Below, piece after piece: positions 47,445 to 57,210 of a DNA stretch of 64,000 nucleotides. The notes beneath the pieces are model-generated. The model was not told the origin of the DNA and ran no database searches. It saw nothing but the letters and a program-made list of their open reading frames with translations. A program made the position numbers and the translations under genes. The DNA is from an uncultured Bacilli bacterium (GTDB lineage: Bacteria > Bacillota_I > Bacilli_A > RFN20 > CAG-826), in assembly GCA_944375905.1 (NCBI GenBank), contig CALWAS010000027.1, positions 57,679-121,678 of the forward strand, written 5' to 3'. Within the stretch, counting starts at the first letter, position 1; each line of letters begins with the position of its first letter.

Positions 47445-48583
47445 TGCGCATTCCTCCCGAGCGTCTCGTCGAGCAATTCGGAGACGGTTTCCCCTTGAGT
47501 CTCATCCATCCTCGAACCGGTCGTTTCCTCATAGAAGCGGGCGAATAGCTCCTTTGGGTCGATGGAGGCGACGTCGATGTCCCCACCCTTCGAATAGGAA
47601 GAGGCAATTCCCTTGTACTCGAGGGAGACGGCCAAGGGAAAGCGGGACTTCAGCCGGGCCATCGGCTCGTCTTGGTAGGTAGTGTCCAAGAGGGTGAAAT
47701 AGACGTAGTCGTTCCGGTGGTCTTCCCTTTTGAGAAGCTCCTCGAGATATCCTTCCATCCTAACCACGTCGTGGAGGGGGACAAAGGGGGCTTCTTTGAC
47801 AAAAACGCCTTTTTCGCTTATGTCAACGATACTGAATGTTTTCTTGTATTTGGCCTCTTGGCGGTCGAATTTTAGAAGGGCTCCCGGATAACGCATCTTC
47901 TCGCTTAGGGGGATGGCCTTGTGGATATGGCCGAGCGCCACGTAGTCAAAGGGGGCGAAGACGCTTCCCGGAAGAACGTCGCTTCCCCCGATCGATAGCT
48001 CGGCCCCGGACATCGCCGGCTGGGTCTCGCTGCCCGAGCCAGTAAGCATTCCCGAGGAAGGAAGGACGCTTTGGTGGGCGACGAGGACGTGCGGATGATC
48101 GCTAGCAAGATCCATTCGGGAAACGATGTCCCCTACCGCTTCCTCAAGGCTCCCATAGTCGACGCCCATCTCGTCTTTTGCAACATGGTAATTCACGTAG
48201 GGAAGTAAGAAAAAGTCGACCGCATTGACCGTAATCGGAGCCAAAGAGTCCTTGATGTCCGTCACGATGTAAACATGGTGGCGGGCGGCCAACCCGGATA
48301 AGTAATGGAGTTTTTCCGGGGAGTCGTGGTTTCCGCTGATCATAAGGAGCGGAATTCCATTCTCCTCAACGTCCGCGATAAAAGAATCGAGGATTTCCAT
48401 CGAAAGGGAGGAGGGAGCCGCCGAATCGTAGATGTCCCCGGCGACGACGATTGCATCGAGCTTCTCCTTCAGAGCCAAGTCGAGGGCTTCCTTGAGGGCA
48501 TGGCGATGCTCAAGCGAAAGGTCGTAGTTTCCAAGTTTCTTCCCAAGGTGGATGTCCGAAAGGTGAAGGAAGCGCATGGTCAT
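47441..48583 (-). CDS. sbcD: SbcD/Mre11-family nuclease
   Basis: Likely start MTMRFLHLSDIHLGKK; the ORF-track start at 48685 adds 34 Cys/Arg-rich codons. Phosphoesterase motifs are DIHLG, GDIYD, GNHD and GHIH. Its stop overlaps the sbcC start. Confidence 0.9.
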   Translation of the reverse strand: MTMRFLHLSDIHLGKKLGNYDLSLEHRHALKEALDLALKEKLDAIVVAGDIYDSAAPSSLSMEILDSFIADVEENGIPLLMISGNHDSPEKLHYLSGLAARHHVYIVTDIKDSLAPITVNAVDFFLLPYVNYHVAKDEMGVDYGSLEEAVGDIVSRMDLASDHPHVLVAHQSVLPSSGMLTGSGSETQPAMSGAELSIGGSDVLPGSVFAPFDYVALGHIHKAIPLSEKMRYPGALLKFDRQEAKYKKTFSIVDISEKGVFVKEAPFVPLHDVVRMEGYLEELLKREDHRNDYVYFTLLDTTYQDEPMARLKSRFPLAVSLEYKGIASSYSKGGDIDVASIDPKELFARFYEETTGSRMDETQGETVSELLDETLGRNAQ

Positions 48584-48713
48584 ATGATATGGCCTTTCGA
48601 GGCAGCTTCCCATGGATGAGCGAAAAAAGGGACAAAATCGTTTTTGACAAATCCGGCATGGGAAAAACGAAAAGCCGGTCTTCAACGTAGATAGCCGGCT
48701 TTTGCAGGAGATT

Positions 48714-50786
48714 TTAGATTTTCATTGCCGCCTCGTAGGCGCCCCAGATGACGGTCCGAAGGTTACCTACCTTCTTGCAGTCGCCAACGTAATGGATCTT
48801 CTTTCCCTTCCCTTCGAGCGGCGTCGGGATGTAGCCGACAGACGTAATGACGCTATCGACGGGAATCTCAACGGTCGAGCCGTCCTTTTTCTTGATCGTA
48901 GCCGTTCCATCGCCGATGGCGGCCAAGGTGCTCTCAAGGTAAACAGGAACCCCGTGGAGCTTGAAATAGTCGCGAAGATAAGTGGAATTGGCCATGCAGA
49001 CGCCCTTTTGCTTGATGATGTCGTCGGCCATCTCGACGATAATCGGCTTTTTGCCCTCGAGATGGAGCTCATAGGCTATTTCACAGCCGGTAAGGCCGCC
49101 GCCGATGACGGCCACCCTTTCCCCTACTTCCTTCTCGCCCGAGAGGAATTCGAGGGCTTCCACCGCCTTTTCCCCGCCTTCGACGTGGAGGCGGCGCGGC
49201 TTCGAGCCGGTCGCGACGACGATGTCTTTTTCTGGGAGGGCGGCAAGATCCTTTATCTCGGTATCAAGATGGATTTCGACGCCCATCTCCTTCATCTGGA
49301 GCTCATACCAGGCCTCGAGTTCCCTAAGCTTTCCCTTGTAGGAGCACTTCCCGGCATCGACGAAGACGCCGCCGAGGCGCGATGACTTTTCATATATAAC
49401 CGGCGTGTGTCCCCTCAGCTTCAGCACCCGGGCGGCTTCCATGCCGCCGATGCCGCCGCCGATGACGGCGACTCGACGCGGATGCTTTGTAGGGACGATA
49501 TGGTGGACGTTCGTCTGCATCGTCTCGGCGTTGACCGCGCAGCGCGACATATGGAGGGTGTCGTGAAGGTCTTGGTCGTTGGCCACACCCTTGTAATGGG
49601 CGAAGTTGAAGCACCCGGCATGGCAGCAGATGCAGGGCCTGATTTCCTCGGGATGGCCTGCCTTAAGCTTACTCACCCAAGCCCCGTCGGCAAGGAACTG
49701 CCTGGCGACGCCCATCGCGTCGATTTTGCCTTCCTCGATGGCCTTGGCCGCCGTGTAGGGGTCCATCCTCCCGGCCGCGACGAGCGGCACGTCGACATAG
49801 GGCTTCAAAGCCTCGACGTCCGCGAGATTGCAGTTCTCCGGCATGTAGATCGGCGGGTGCGACCAATACCAGGCGTCGTAGGTCCCGTTGTCGCAGTTGA
49901 GCATGTCGTAACCGGCCTCTTCGAGGAGGCGGGCCGCTTCCTTGCTCTCCTCGAAGTCGCGGCCGACTTCCTCGTAGGATTCGCCCGGCATGGCCCCTTC
50001 ACGGTAGCCCTTGGTCTTGGAGACCACGGAATAGCGGAGGGAAACGGGGAAGTCCTCCCCGCATTCCTTCTTGATGGCCCTCACGATCTCGATCGGGAAG
50101 CGAAGGCGGTTCTCGAGGCTTCCGCCGTATTCGTCGGTCCGCCTATTCGTGTACTTCATCGCGAATTGGTCGAGGAGGTAGCCTTCGTGCACGGCATGGA
50201 CCTCGATGCCGTCGACGTCCGCGTCCTTGCAAAGCTTGCTGACGAGGGCAAAAGTGTCGATGAAATGGTCAATTTCCTTCTTCGTAAGCGCCCGGGATGG
50301 GGTTTTGTCGGACCATCGGTTCGGGTTTTCGCTAGCGGAGGCGAGGATGAAATCGACATCCATGAATGGCTTGGCGAGCACCTTCAACGCTTTGTTGCAA
50401 TAGACGGCCTCCATGAGGCTCGTGACGGCCATCGAGCGGCCGAAGCCGGCCGTCAGCTGGATGAACATCTTGGCCCCGTAGGAATGGATCTCGGCCATGA
50501 ACGCCTTGAGCTTTTTGTACATTCCCTTGTTCTGGTAGAGCCATTGGCCGCCCAGCGGGTTGTAAAGGGGGGCGATTCCCGGAAGGATTAGGCCGACGTC
50601 GTTCTTGGCCTTGTCGAGGAGGAACTTGGCGGCTTCCCTATCGAAATGGGGAGCCTCCATCCAGCCGAAGATGGAAGTCCCGCCCATCGAGGTCATGACG
50701 ATGCGGTTCTTGATCTCGCATTTCCCGATGTGCCAGGGAGTGAATAGTGGTTCGAGGCGCTTGTCCATTTCTATAAAACCTTTCAT
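48714..50786 (-). CDS. Old-Yellow-Enzyme-family NADH:flavin oxidoreductase fused to an FAD/NAD(P)-binding domain (2,4-dienoyl-CoA reductase / enoate reductase-like)
   Basis: 690 aa. N-terminal OYE TIM-barrel (LFTPWHIGKCEIKNRIVMTSMGG, HAVHEGYLLDQF), a 4Fe-4S Cys cluster CICCHAGCF...C, and the C-terminal dinucleotide-binding motifs VAVIGGGIGGMEAA and VAVIGGGLTGCE. Confidence 0.85.
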   Translation of the reverse strand: MKGFIEMDKRLEPLFTPWHIGKCEIKNRIVMTSMGGTSIFGWMEAPHFDREAAKFLLDKAKNDVGLILPGIAPLYNPLGGQWLYQNKGMYKKLKAFMAEIHSYGAKMFIQLTAGFGRSMAVTSLMEAVYCNKALKVLAKPFMDVDFILASASENPNRWSDKTPSRALTKKEIDHFIDTFALVSKLCKDADVDGIEVHAVHEGYLLDQFAMKYTNRRTDEYGGSLENRLRFPIEIVRAIKKECGEDFPVSLRYSVVSKTKGYREGAMPGESYEEVGRDFEESKEAARLLEEAGYDMLNCDNGTYDAWYWSHPPIYMPENCNLADVEALKPYVDVPLVAAGRMDPYTAAKAIEEGKIDAMGVARQFLADGAWVSKLKAGHPEEIRPCICCHAGCFNFAHYKGVANDQDLHDTLHMSRCAVNAETMQTNVHHIVPTKHPRRVAVIGGGIGGMEAARVLKLRGHTPVIYEKSSRLGGVFVDAGKCSYKGKLRELEAWYELQMKEMGVEIHLDTEIKDLAALPEKDIVVATGSKPRRLHVEGGEKAVEALEFLSGEKEVGERVAVIGGGLTGCEIAYELHLEGKKPIIVEMADDIIKQKGVCMANSTYLRDYFKLHGVPVYLESTLAAIGDGTATIKKKDGSTVEIPVDSVITSVGYIPTPLEGKGKKIHYVGDCKKVGNLRTVIWGAYEAAMKI

Positions 50787-50855
50787 CTGATTGTATTTAT
50801 TTTTTCAATATGCTCTCAAGAATCTCCATCGGGAAGAGATACGACGAGAAAAAGA

Positions 50856-52751
50856 TCAGTCAATCGTCCCATTGTCTATAAAGTCGGTGGTGACCCAGCC
50901 GGTGGCGCTCACGAGAGCGCGGAGAGCGCCCTTGGCGCCATCGAGGCCGGTGCCGTAGTCGCCCCAATTACCGGTTTCGACGTTCGTCCAGAAGGTCTCC
51001 ATCGGCGACCAGAAGTCGCTGGTGACGCTGCAGCCCTGCGGGACGACGTTCGGGAGCTGCGCGTTGATGGCGTTCATGAACGGGTTGTCGGAGAGATCGG
51101 CCTCTTCCATGACATCGAGGTTGGTCATGCCGTAGCCGAGTTCGGCCTGGTAGGTCTTCTGGTTATCTTCGTTCGTCATGAACTTCGCGAAGGCGCGGGC
51201 GGCAGCGACGTACTCGTCGCCGCGGGATTCGACGTAGTTGTTGATGACGACGGCCTTGTAGCCGAGGAACGGCGTGAGCTGCGCCGCGGTCGTCCCGACG
51301 GTCAGGGTCGGGAGCTCGGCGACGGCGATGTTCTTGTTCCAGGCGATGAAGGTGTTGTAGGCGTTCCAGAGGATCGTCGCGCCCATCGTCCCGTTGGCCA
51401 AGCCTTTCTCGACTTTGGAGATGGAGGCGTCGAAGACCCAGGTCGCGCCGTATTCGTTGCGGAGGTCCATGACCTGCTGCGCGATCTGGGCGCCCTTGGT
51501 GGAATAGAAGTCGGTGTCCATGTAGATCTTGCCGTCTTCGCCGGTCTTGACTCCCACGCTGAGGCCGTGGCCGACGAGCGGGGAGATGGAATACCACCCT
51601 TCGGTGAGGTCGAAGTTGAAGGTCTTGCCGGCGGCCTTGCAGGCGGCGAGGATGCCCTCGACGCTCTTGGCCTGATCGGCGCTCACGACGGTCGTGTCGT
51701 AGAAGAGCATGTAGCTGTTGTCGCCGCGGTAGGGGTAGCCGTAGAGGGTGCCGTCGATCGAGCAGGCGTCCACCGCTTCCTGGCCGTCGCTCGCGACGAT
51801 CGCGGCCTTCTCCTCATCGGTGAGTGCGAGGAGGGCTTCGCCCTGGACCGCGGCGCGGATGAAGTCGTCGGCCATGCAGATGATGTCGGCCGAGTTCGCC
51901 TTATCGGCGGTCAGGAGTCTCTGAGTGTCGCCTTCGCCGAGGGTCTGGCTGACTTCGATGGTCCAGTCCGCATAGTCCGGGTTGGTCTCCTTGAAGTCGT
52001 CGATGATCGCTTCGACGATTTCCTTGTCGGCCGGCGGGCACCAGACAGAAAGCCGATTGGAATTATCCTCGACCGTGAAATTCAGATAGTCGAAGAATCC
52101 ATCTTCGCGAAAAGCCAAAACCGTGGCGTTTCCTTCGCCAATCAACTTCACTTTGCCATCTGCGGTGACCTCCAGCGAAGTCGCCGATCCCGCCGTTGGA
52201 GCAATGGCGAAGAAGACGTCGCTAGGGATGTCGGAAACAAGAGGCAAATCGACCTCCCCTTCCTCTATTCCGACCGTCATTGAGCGAGTCGTGAAATATT
52301 GCGGCGCCTTTTCGTATGTCTCTCTTCTATAGAGAATGTCGACGCTCACGAAATAGTCTCCGCAGGCAAAATATGACGGATTCGGACTCTGTGGAATATA
52401 GCGTGGCAAGTAATAGTAGACATCGCCAAAGTTCGCAATCTCGTAGAAATCAGATAACGGGACGATCTCGCCTTCAATCCCTTCCTTGACGAATTCGATT
52501 TTCGCAAGTTGGTTCAGATATAGAAGCGTCTCCGGGGCGCTTTTCACGTAGAGGCCCGGGGCCATTCCTTCACTCTCTTCCAAACTGGAACCAAGGCTGA
52601 GAGAGGATTCGCTCTCTAAACGGCTGCCCGACGACTCGGCCTCCGAGCTAGCGAATATCGAAGACGATTCCAAAGTAGGCTTGGCGCCGCCGACACAGCC
52701 ACTCAAAAAGATGGCCACGACGCCGATAAATGCCACAGCACGTCTATTCAT
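50856..52751 (-). CDS. Lipoprotein: sugar ABC transporter substrate-binding protein (family 1, MalE-like) with an extra roughly 230-aa N-terminal domain
   Basis: Likely start MNRRAVAFIGVVAIFLSGCVGG (lipobox). Residues about 245-630 carry LSVWCPPADKEIVEAIIDDFKE...DIICMADDF, a MalE-like SBP pattern. The N-terminal region is an S-rich linker plus a beta-rich domain. Confidence 0.65.
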   Translation of the reverse strand: MNRRAVAFIGVVAIFLSGCVGGAKPTLESSSIFASSEAESSGSRLESESSLSLGSSLEESEGMAPGLYVKSAPETLLYLNQLAKIEFVKEGIEGEIVPLSDFYEIANFGDVYYYLPRYIPQSPNPSYFACGDYFVSVDILYRRETYEKAPQYFTTRSMTVGIEEGEVDLPLVSDIPSDVFFAIAPTAGSATSLEVTADGKVKLIGEGNATVLAFREDGFFDYLNFTVEDNSNRLSVWCPPADKEIVEAIIDDFKETNPDYADWTIEVSQTLGEGDTQRLLTADKANSADIICMADDFIRAAVQGEALLALTDEEKAAIVASDGQEAVDACSIDGTLYGYPYRGDNSYMLFYDTTVVSADQAKSVEGILAACKAAGKTFNFDLTEGWYSISPLVGHGLSVGVKTGEDGKIYMDTDFYSTKGAQIAQQVMDLRNEYGATWVFDASISKVEKGLANGTMGATILWNAYNTFIAWNKNIAVAELPTLTVGTTAAQLTPFLGYKAVVINNYVESRGDEYVAAARAFAKFMTNEDNQKTYQAELGYGMTNLDVMEEADLSDNPFMNAINAQLPNVVPQGCSVTSDFWSPMETFWTNVETGNWGDYGTGLDGAKGALRALVSATGWVTTDFIDNGTID

Positions 52752-53080
52752 TTGTGATCCCCCCGCATTAGCGATTTTTATCATAGCACTCCTGAGCGAT
52801 GTGTCGTTCCCCTATGCGGAAATCTCCCTCATATTCCCGTTGCCAAAGCGCTGGAGAACCGCCGTCTTTGACAACCAGGCCTTTTGAAATGGCAGCCAAA
52901 AATAGAGTTGCTTTTTTTCTGATCGCATCCCGCGAACTGCGACTTTGGTCGTTGCCGCTCGAATAGAGTCGGTTGAGAATTGCTTGGCATGGCACTTGCT
53001 TGTCATGTACAAAAGTGCCTTTTTCATTGCCACTTACATTGCTTTCATTGTTAAATTGAAACGATAACAGGAGGAACGAA

Positions 53081-55204
53081 ATGAAGAAACGGAGTCTGGG
53101 CCCCATCGCCCTCACCCTGGCTTTCCTTCTTTCCGGTTGCTCGTTAGGCGACGGCTCGTCTTTTTCAAGCGGCCTCGGCTCGAGCGCGGAAAGCTCGCTT
53201 TCAAGCGAAGAAACATCATCCCAATCGAGTCCGAGCCAAGACTCGTCCTCATCGAGCGAAGAGACCCCTTCCTCCGAGAGCCAGCCCTCGACCAGCGAAG
53301 GAACCTCCTCTTCTTCGGAGAGCCAGCCATCGACCAGCGAAGGAACTTCTTCCTCAGAGAGTCAGCCCTCGAGCAGCGAGAGCGCTTCCGATTCCGAAAG
53401 CTCGTCGGAACATGGCGAAACTTCTGAGGGCGAAGAAGAAGGGCAGAATGCCGCTATTCAAAAGGCCATCGAGGCATTTGATCTCACGATGGGGGCTAAG
53501 GGATTTATCTCTGCTAAGTCGGAAGCCCCAGCCGGTCCTGACGGTGAAGTAGTCCCCGTGGAAATGAGGCTCGACATAGAGGCTACCTACCAGCGGGGAT
53601 CCGACGTAGCCTTTGCCTCAAGTGTCATTCAGACGACAAGCATGGGTGATCAGTCCATGACCTCCGGCCTAAACGAAGAAGGCCCGTATTTCCGCGATGA
53701 AAGGGGACTATCCTATCGGGAAGGCCATAAGATGGACGGGACCGTCGAAAGATTCTATGACGTTCCCTTCCCTTCCTTCGATTCAGCCTACATGTCGCCC
53801 TTCTCGATCCTCACTGTCCGGGACCTTATTTTCGTCGAGGACGGGGTATTCAGGCTCCCGAAAGGAATTGCTAGCGCGATTTCCTACGCCTTCATCGACC
53901 AGGCATTCGGCGGCCCAGCCATCAATCGAGGACCCGACGAGATGCTCCTCTATCTCGACGGGGAACGTTTCTCCCGCGTCGAATATGAGATACCCTACCC
54001 GGAAATGGGCGCTGCCTACGTGGCTTCGTTCGATCTTTCCTATGAAGATGAGGTGGAGGCCATTTCCCATCTCGACGATCTTTCGGGCCTTGAGCCGACG
54101 GAAGATTCGATTCGCCTAGAGAAAGCTTTCGAAGCTCTCTCCTCCCCCATTGCCTTCGACATTGAATGGGGAAGCGGCGACGTCACGAGCTATTATCGCG
54201 GCGAGAACGCGGTTTATTTCTCCTATCATGGCGAACCGCGTTACTACGCCCCGATGAAAGAGGGGGACGAATTGCTATACCCGTACTACGGGGAGCCTGG
54301 GTTTGGCGAATTCGACACCAATTCCCCGGTTTCGATCGATCGTCTCGTGCCGAACGGCAACGGGATCAACACCACTCTCTTCAGCCCCGTCGATGGCAAG
54401 GCGTCGACTTACCGCATCGAAGGAAGCGACCTCGCCGAAGCCGTTTTCGACCTCCTCGTTCCTGCCGATGTCCTGTCCTTCTACCTGGGCGGCCTCGAAG
54501 CAGTCGAGGTGGTCCTCAATGACGATGGGACAGTCGATATGGTCGATTTCCTTTCCTCCTCTTCTTCCCACGTCTTAATTCGCTACAGGCAATACGAGGG
54601 CATGCCATCCGGCTATGACGACAGCCCCATCTTGAATATCGAATTGCTCGGACTCTCCAATTTCCTCGACTCCCTCGTCGAAGGGCCGGACGGGATTGCC
54701 TACACGGTCAAAAGCCCGTTCCTTGAGGGGTCGCTTTCCCTTTATCTCACCGAACGCTCGCTCTTCCTTGAGGGAAACGGGCGCAAAAGCTGGTATACGG
54801 CCGTCGAGGGAATGGATGGAATCCAAGAACTGGACCTCTATTCCGGGACACCCGCTATAACCGGGGCCTCCTTTGACTCGATGGATCACCTGCTTCCGGG
54901 CTTCTTCGTGGACAAAAATCCCATTTATTCCTTCTTCCCCATAAGCAAATCGGCATATGAATCCGATAGCATCGACGCGATGAGCTTCCTCTTCCCCGCC
55001 CCGCAAGTCCTCAACGACATGGGGTTCAACGTCTACGACGTCGTCTCTCTCAAAATAGAGATAGACGCCTCAAACAATTCGTTCATCATCTCCGGACAGG
55101 ACGAGAGCGGCACGACGGTCGTCGACGTCTACGGGGAGAAAAAGCCGCGGGAGGACGGCTTGGACGACAGCGTTCCATATCCTCTCCCGGATAAGGAAGG
55201 ATAG
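53081..55204 (+). CDS. Lipoprotein with a serine-rich linker (707 aa), function unknown
   Basis: MKKRSLGPIALTLAFLLSGCSLGDG followed by a roughly 100-aa S/E/T-rich linker with internal SSESQPSTSEGTS repeats. Confidence 0.7.
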   Translation: MKKRSLGPIALTLAFLLSGCSLGDGSSFSSGLGSSAESSLSSEETSSQSSPSQDSSSSSEETPSSESQPSTSEGTSSSSESQPSTSEGTSSSESQPSSSESASDSESSSEHGETSEGEEEGQNAAIQKAIEAFDLTMGAKGFISAKSEAPAGPDGEVVPVEMRLDIEATYQRGSDVAFASSVIQTTSMGDQSMTSGLNEEGPYFRDERGLSYREGHKMDGTVERFYDVPFPSFDSAYMSPFSILTVRDLIFVEDGVFRLPKGIASAISYAFIDQAFGGPAINRGPDEMLLYLDGERFSRVEYEIPYPEMGAAYVASFDLSYEDEVEAISHLDDLSGLEPTEDSIRLEKAFEALSSPIAFDIEWGSGDVTSYYRGENAVYFSYHGEPRYYAPMKEGDELLYPYYGEPGFGEFDTNSPVSIDRLVPNGNGINTTLFSPVDGKASTYRIEGSDLAEAVFDLLVPADVLSFYLGGLEAVEVVLNDDGTVDMVDFLSSSSSHVLIRYRQYEGMPSGYDDSPILNIELLGLSNFLDSLVEGPDGIAYTVKSPFLEGSLSLYLTERSLFLEGNGRKSWYTAVEGMDGIQELDLYSGTPAITGASFDSMDHLLPGFFVDKNPIYSFFPISKSAYESDSIDAMSFLFPAPQVLNDMGFNVYDVVSLKIEIDASNNSFIISGQDESGTTVVDVYGEKKPREDGLDDSVPYPLPDKEG

Positions 55205-55216
55205 GAGGAAAGCACA

Positions 55217-57127
55217 ATGAAAAAGGAAAAACTACTGGTCGTATCGCTGCTGCTTCCCTTGCTTTCGGCTTGCGTCGGCGGGGTCGGAAACGACCGTCGC
55301 CTGCCAGCCCAGGGGGAAACAGGCGACTCCGGATCCATTCCGGCGGATCCAATCGGAATCGACGAAGCGCTCGCTTTGTTCAACGATGACCTGAGCCTTT
55401 CGCTCACCTTTTCCCTCGGAGTCGAGGGGAATTCCACCACGGAAACGGCTTCCTTTTACTATGACGAGACCGCTTCCCGTTTCGATCTCAATAAGGGGAG
55501 CGACTCGACGGTTTTCTCCAACGACGCCGGCCTAGCCGTTACCTATGAGGTCGGAATCGACAATGTGGTGACCGAACAAGCCATCTCCTCGCCCCTCGTC
55601 TCCTTCGATTACTACTACGCAAACCCGTTTGCCAGGATCGGAATCGAGGATTTGGGAGAGGAAAAGGAAGGCGTTTATCCCCTTAGTGGGACGATGGCTT
55701 CCTATGTCCTTAGCCGCCTTCTCATACCGGCAAACGGCTTCCGCCTCATGCCGCTTGGGACATCGACGGGATCCATCGCCTTAAGCGACGGCGGCTTTTC
55801 TTCCTTCTCCCTCGCCGGTACGGCCTACATAACGATTGCCGGCGCTTCCGTCCCCGGCATCATCGACATCGCGATTGCCGGCGACTTCTCCTACGAAGAA
55901 CTGCAAATCGAGCCGCCAAAGGGCATCGAAGGCGAACTCACCGAGGATCTAGCGGCCCTCGGCCGTGCCTTCGAGGAAATGAGAACCAAAAACTATGGGG
56001 TTTCCCTTCTCTCAAAAGGGACTCCCGTCCTCCGGGCCGACATCTTCGAAAAGGTGACCTGCCTTACTTTTGGCGAAAAGTGGAAAAACGATGCCTACCT
56101 CGTGAGGACGGACAAGGACATTGAACGTTACGAATTCGACGAGGCGGGAGGAGAGTACATCCACGTCGCCGGCTTCTCTGGCGAAGGCGATGGACTCCCC
56201 CTCATCCGCCCGCGTTTCTCGCTTACGCCTCTTCTTTTCGAGGGTACCATCGAGGGCGGATTCTCCTTTAAGGGAACGCAAAATCAGCTTTTCGAGGTGC
56301 TTGAGGACATTCTCCCGAACAACCTGGGCGGCGACGATATCCAAATCAACGCCGATTTCGATTCGCTTCGCATTCTTCTCGATGCCGACGGATCGCTCAG
56401 CTCCATCGACTTCACGAAGGAAGGCGAAGCCTCGCTCTCGCTTATCTTCGACGAGCCGCAGAGCTTCGCTTACGGAATCAGTTTGGACGACTTCGTGAGC
56501 GCGGCGGAGAGGGGCGAGCCCCTGCCCCGCCCGAGCGAGGATCTGGCCGCGAAATACGTCGACCAGCTGCAAAGCCCAAACAGCCATTTCGCCGTCTATT
56601 CGCCCGACAATACCCATTTCTTCGAGTTCTACTTCGGCTCCGACTTCCTCTTCCAAATCGAAGGACAAATGGATGGGTCGTCGAACTACTACCGCCTCTA
56701 TGAGCCTAGTGAGGACGGAAAATGCAACGTTCATAGTTTTTACGATGAAGGAAGCGGGCTCGTGCACGAAAATTCGACGGTATACGACAACTCGTTCGAG
56801 GACATGCTTTTACCTGATCCCTCCTTCCTTGAAGGACGGCAAAGCCCATACTACGAGTGGCTCGACGAGTCGGAAGTCGCCCTCTATGGCATCGATCTGA
56901 ATCGCTACTTCGGCCGGGCCGTCTCCGACTCCGGCGCCGTCAAGCAGAGCGAAGCAACGACGATGGTCATCGGAATAGACCCATCGAGCCAAGCCATGAC
57001 CCATCTCGAGATGAGGATTCCCGGCATGAACGTCGAGCCAAGGCTCAGCTTCAAGTGCGATACCTTCTCCGAGCTTCCTCTTTCCTATCAGGAAATCGTC
57101 TCCATCCTCGAAGGAACGAGCAACTGA
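55217..57127 (+). CDS. Lipoprotein (636 aa), function unknown; operon partner of the 707-aa lipoprotein
   Basis: [22 protein letters not shown] (lipobox). It starts 12 bp after the preceding gene. Confidence 0.7.
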   Translation: MKKEKLLVVSLLLPLLSACVGGVGNDRRLPAQGETGDSGSIPADPIGIDEALALFNDDLSLSLTFSLGVEGNSTTETASFYYDETASRFDLNKGSDSTVFSNDAGLAVTYEVGIDNVVTEQAISSPLVSFDYYYANPFARIGIEDLGEEKEGVYPLSGTMASYVLSRLLIPANGFRLMPLGTSTGSIALSDGGFSSFSLAGTAYITIAGASVPGIIDIAIAGDFSYEELQIEPPKGIEGELTEDLAALGRAFEEMRTKNYGVSLLSKGTPVLRADIFEKVTCLTFGEKWKNDAYLVRTDKDIERYEFDEAGGEYIHVAGFSGEGDGLPLIRPRFSLTPLLFEGTIEGGFSFKGTQNQLFEVLEDILPNNLGGDDIQINADFDSLRILLDADGSLSSIDFTKEGEASLSLIFDEPQSFAYGISLDDFVSAAERGEPLPRPSEDLAAKYVDQLQSPNSHFAVYSPDNTHFFEFYFGSDFLFQIEGQMDGSSNYYRLYEPSEDGKCNVHSFYDEGSGLVHENSTVYDNSFEDMLLPDPSFLEGRQSPYYEWLDESEVALYGIDLNRYFGRAVSDSGAVKQSEATTMVIGIDPSSQAMTHLEMRIPGMNVEPRLSFKCDTFSELPLSYQEIVSILEGTSN

Positions 57128-57128
57128 G

Positions 57129-57170
57129 GAGAAGCGAACGGAGGCCCCTTTTGGGCCTCCTTTTCTTTTT
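57129..57170 (+). terminator. Rho-independent terminator
   Basis: GGAGGCCCCTTTTGGGCCTCC followed by TTTTCTTTTTTT, directly after the lipoprotein stop. Confidence 0.55.
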
Positions 57171-57210
57171 TTCCTTTGCGAAAGGCCGTCCCAAAGGCAA
57201 ACTATCGACG

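Noticed and set aside
56857-57210. 5' extension of the UvrA-like ORF giving a 953-aa protein
   Set aside because: The extension is Arg-rich and overlaps the 3' end of the upstream lipoprotein gene and its terminator. The conserved UvrA N-terminus begins at the internal Met at 57211.
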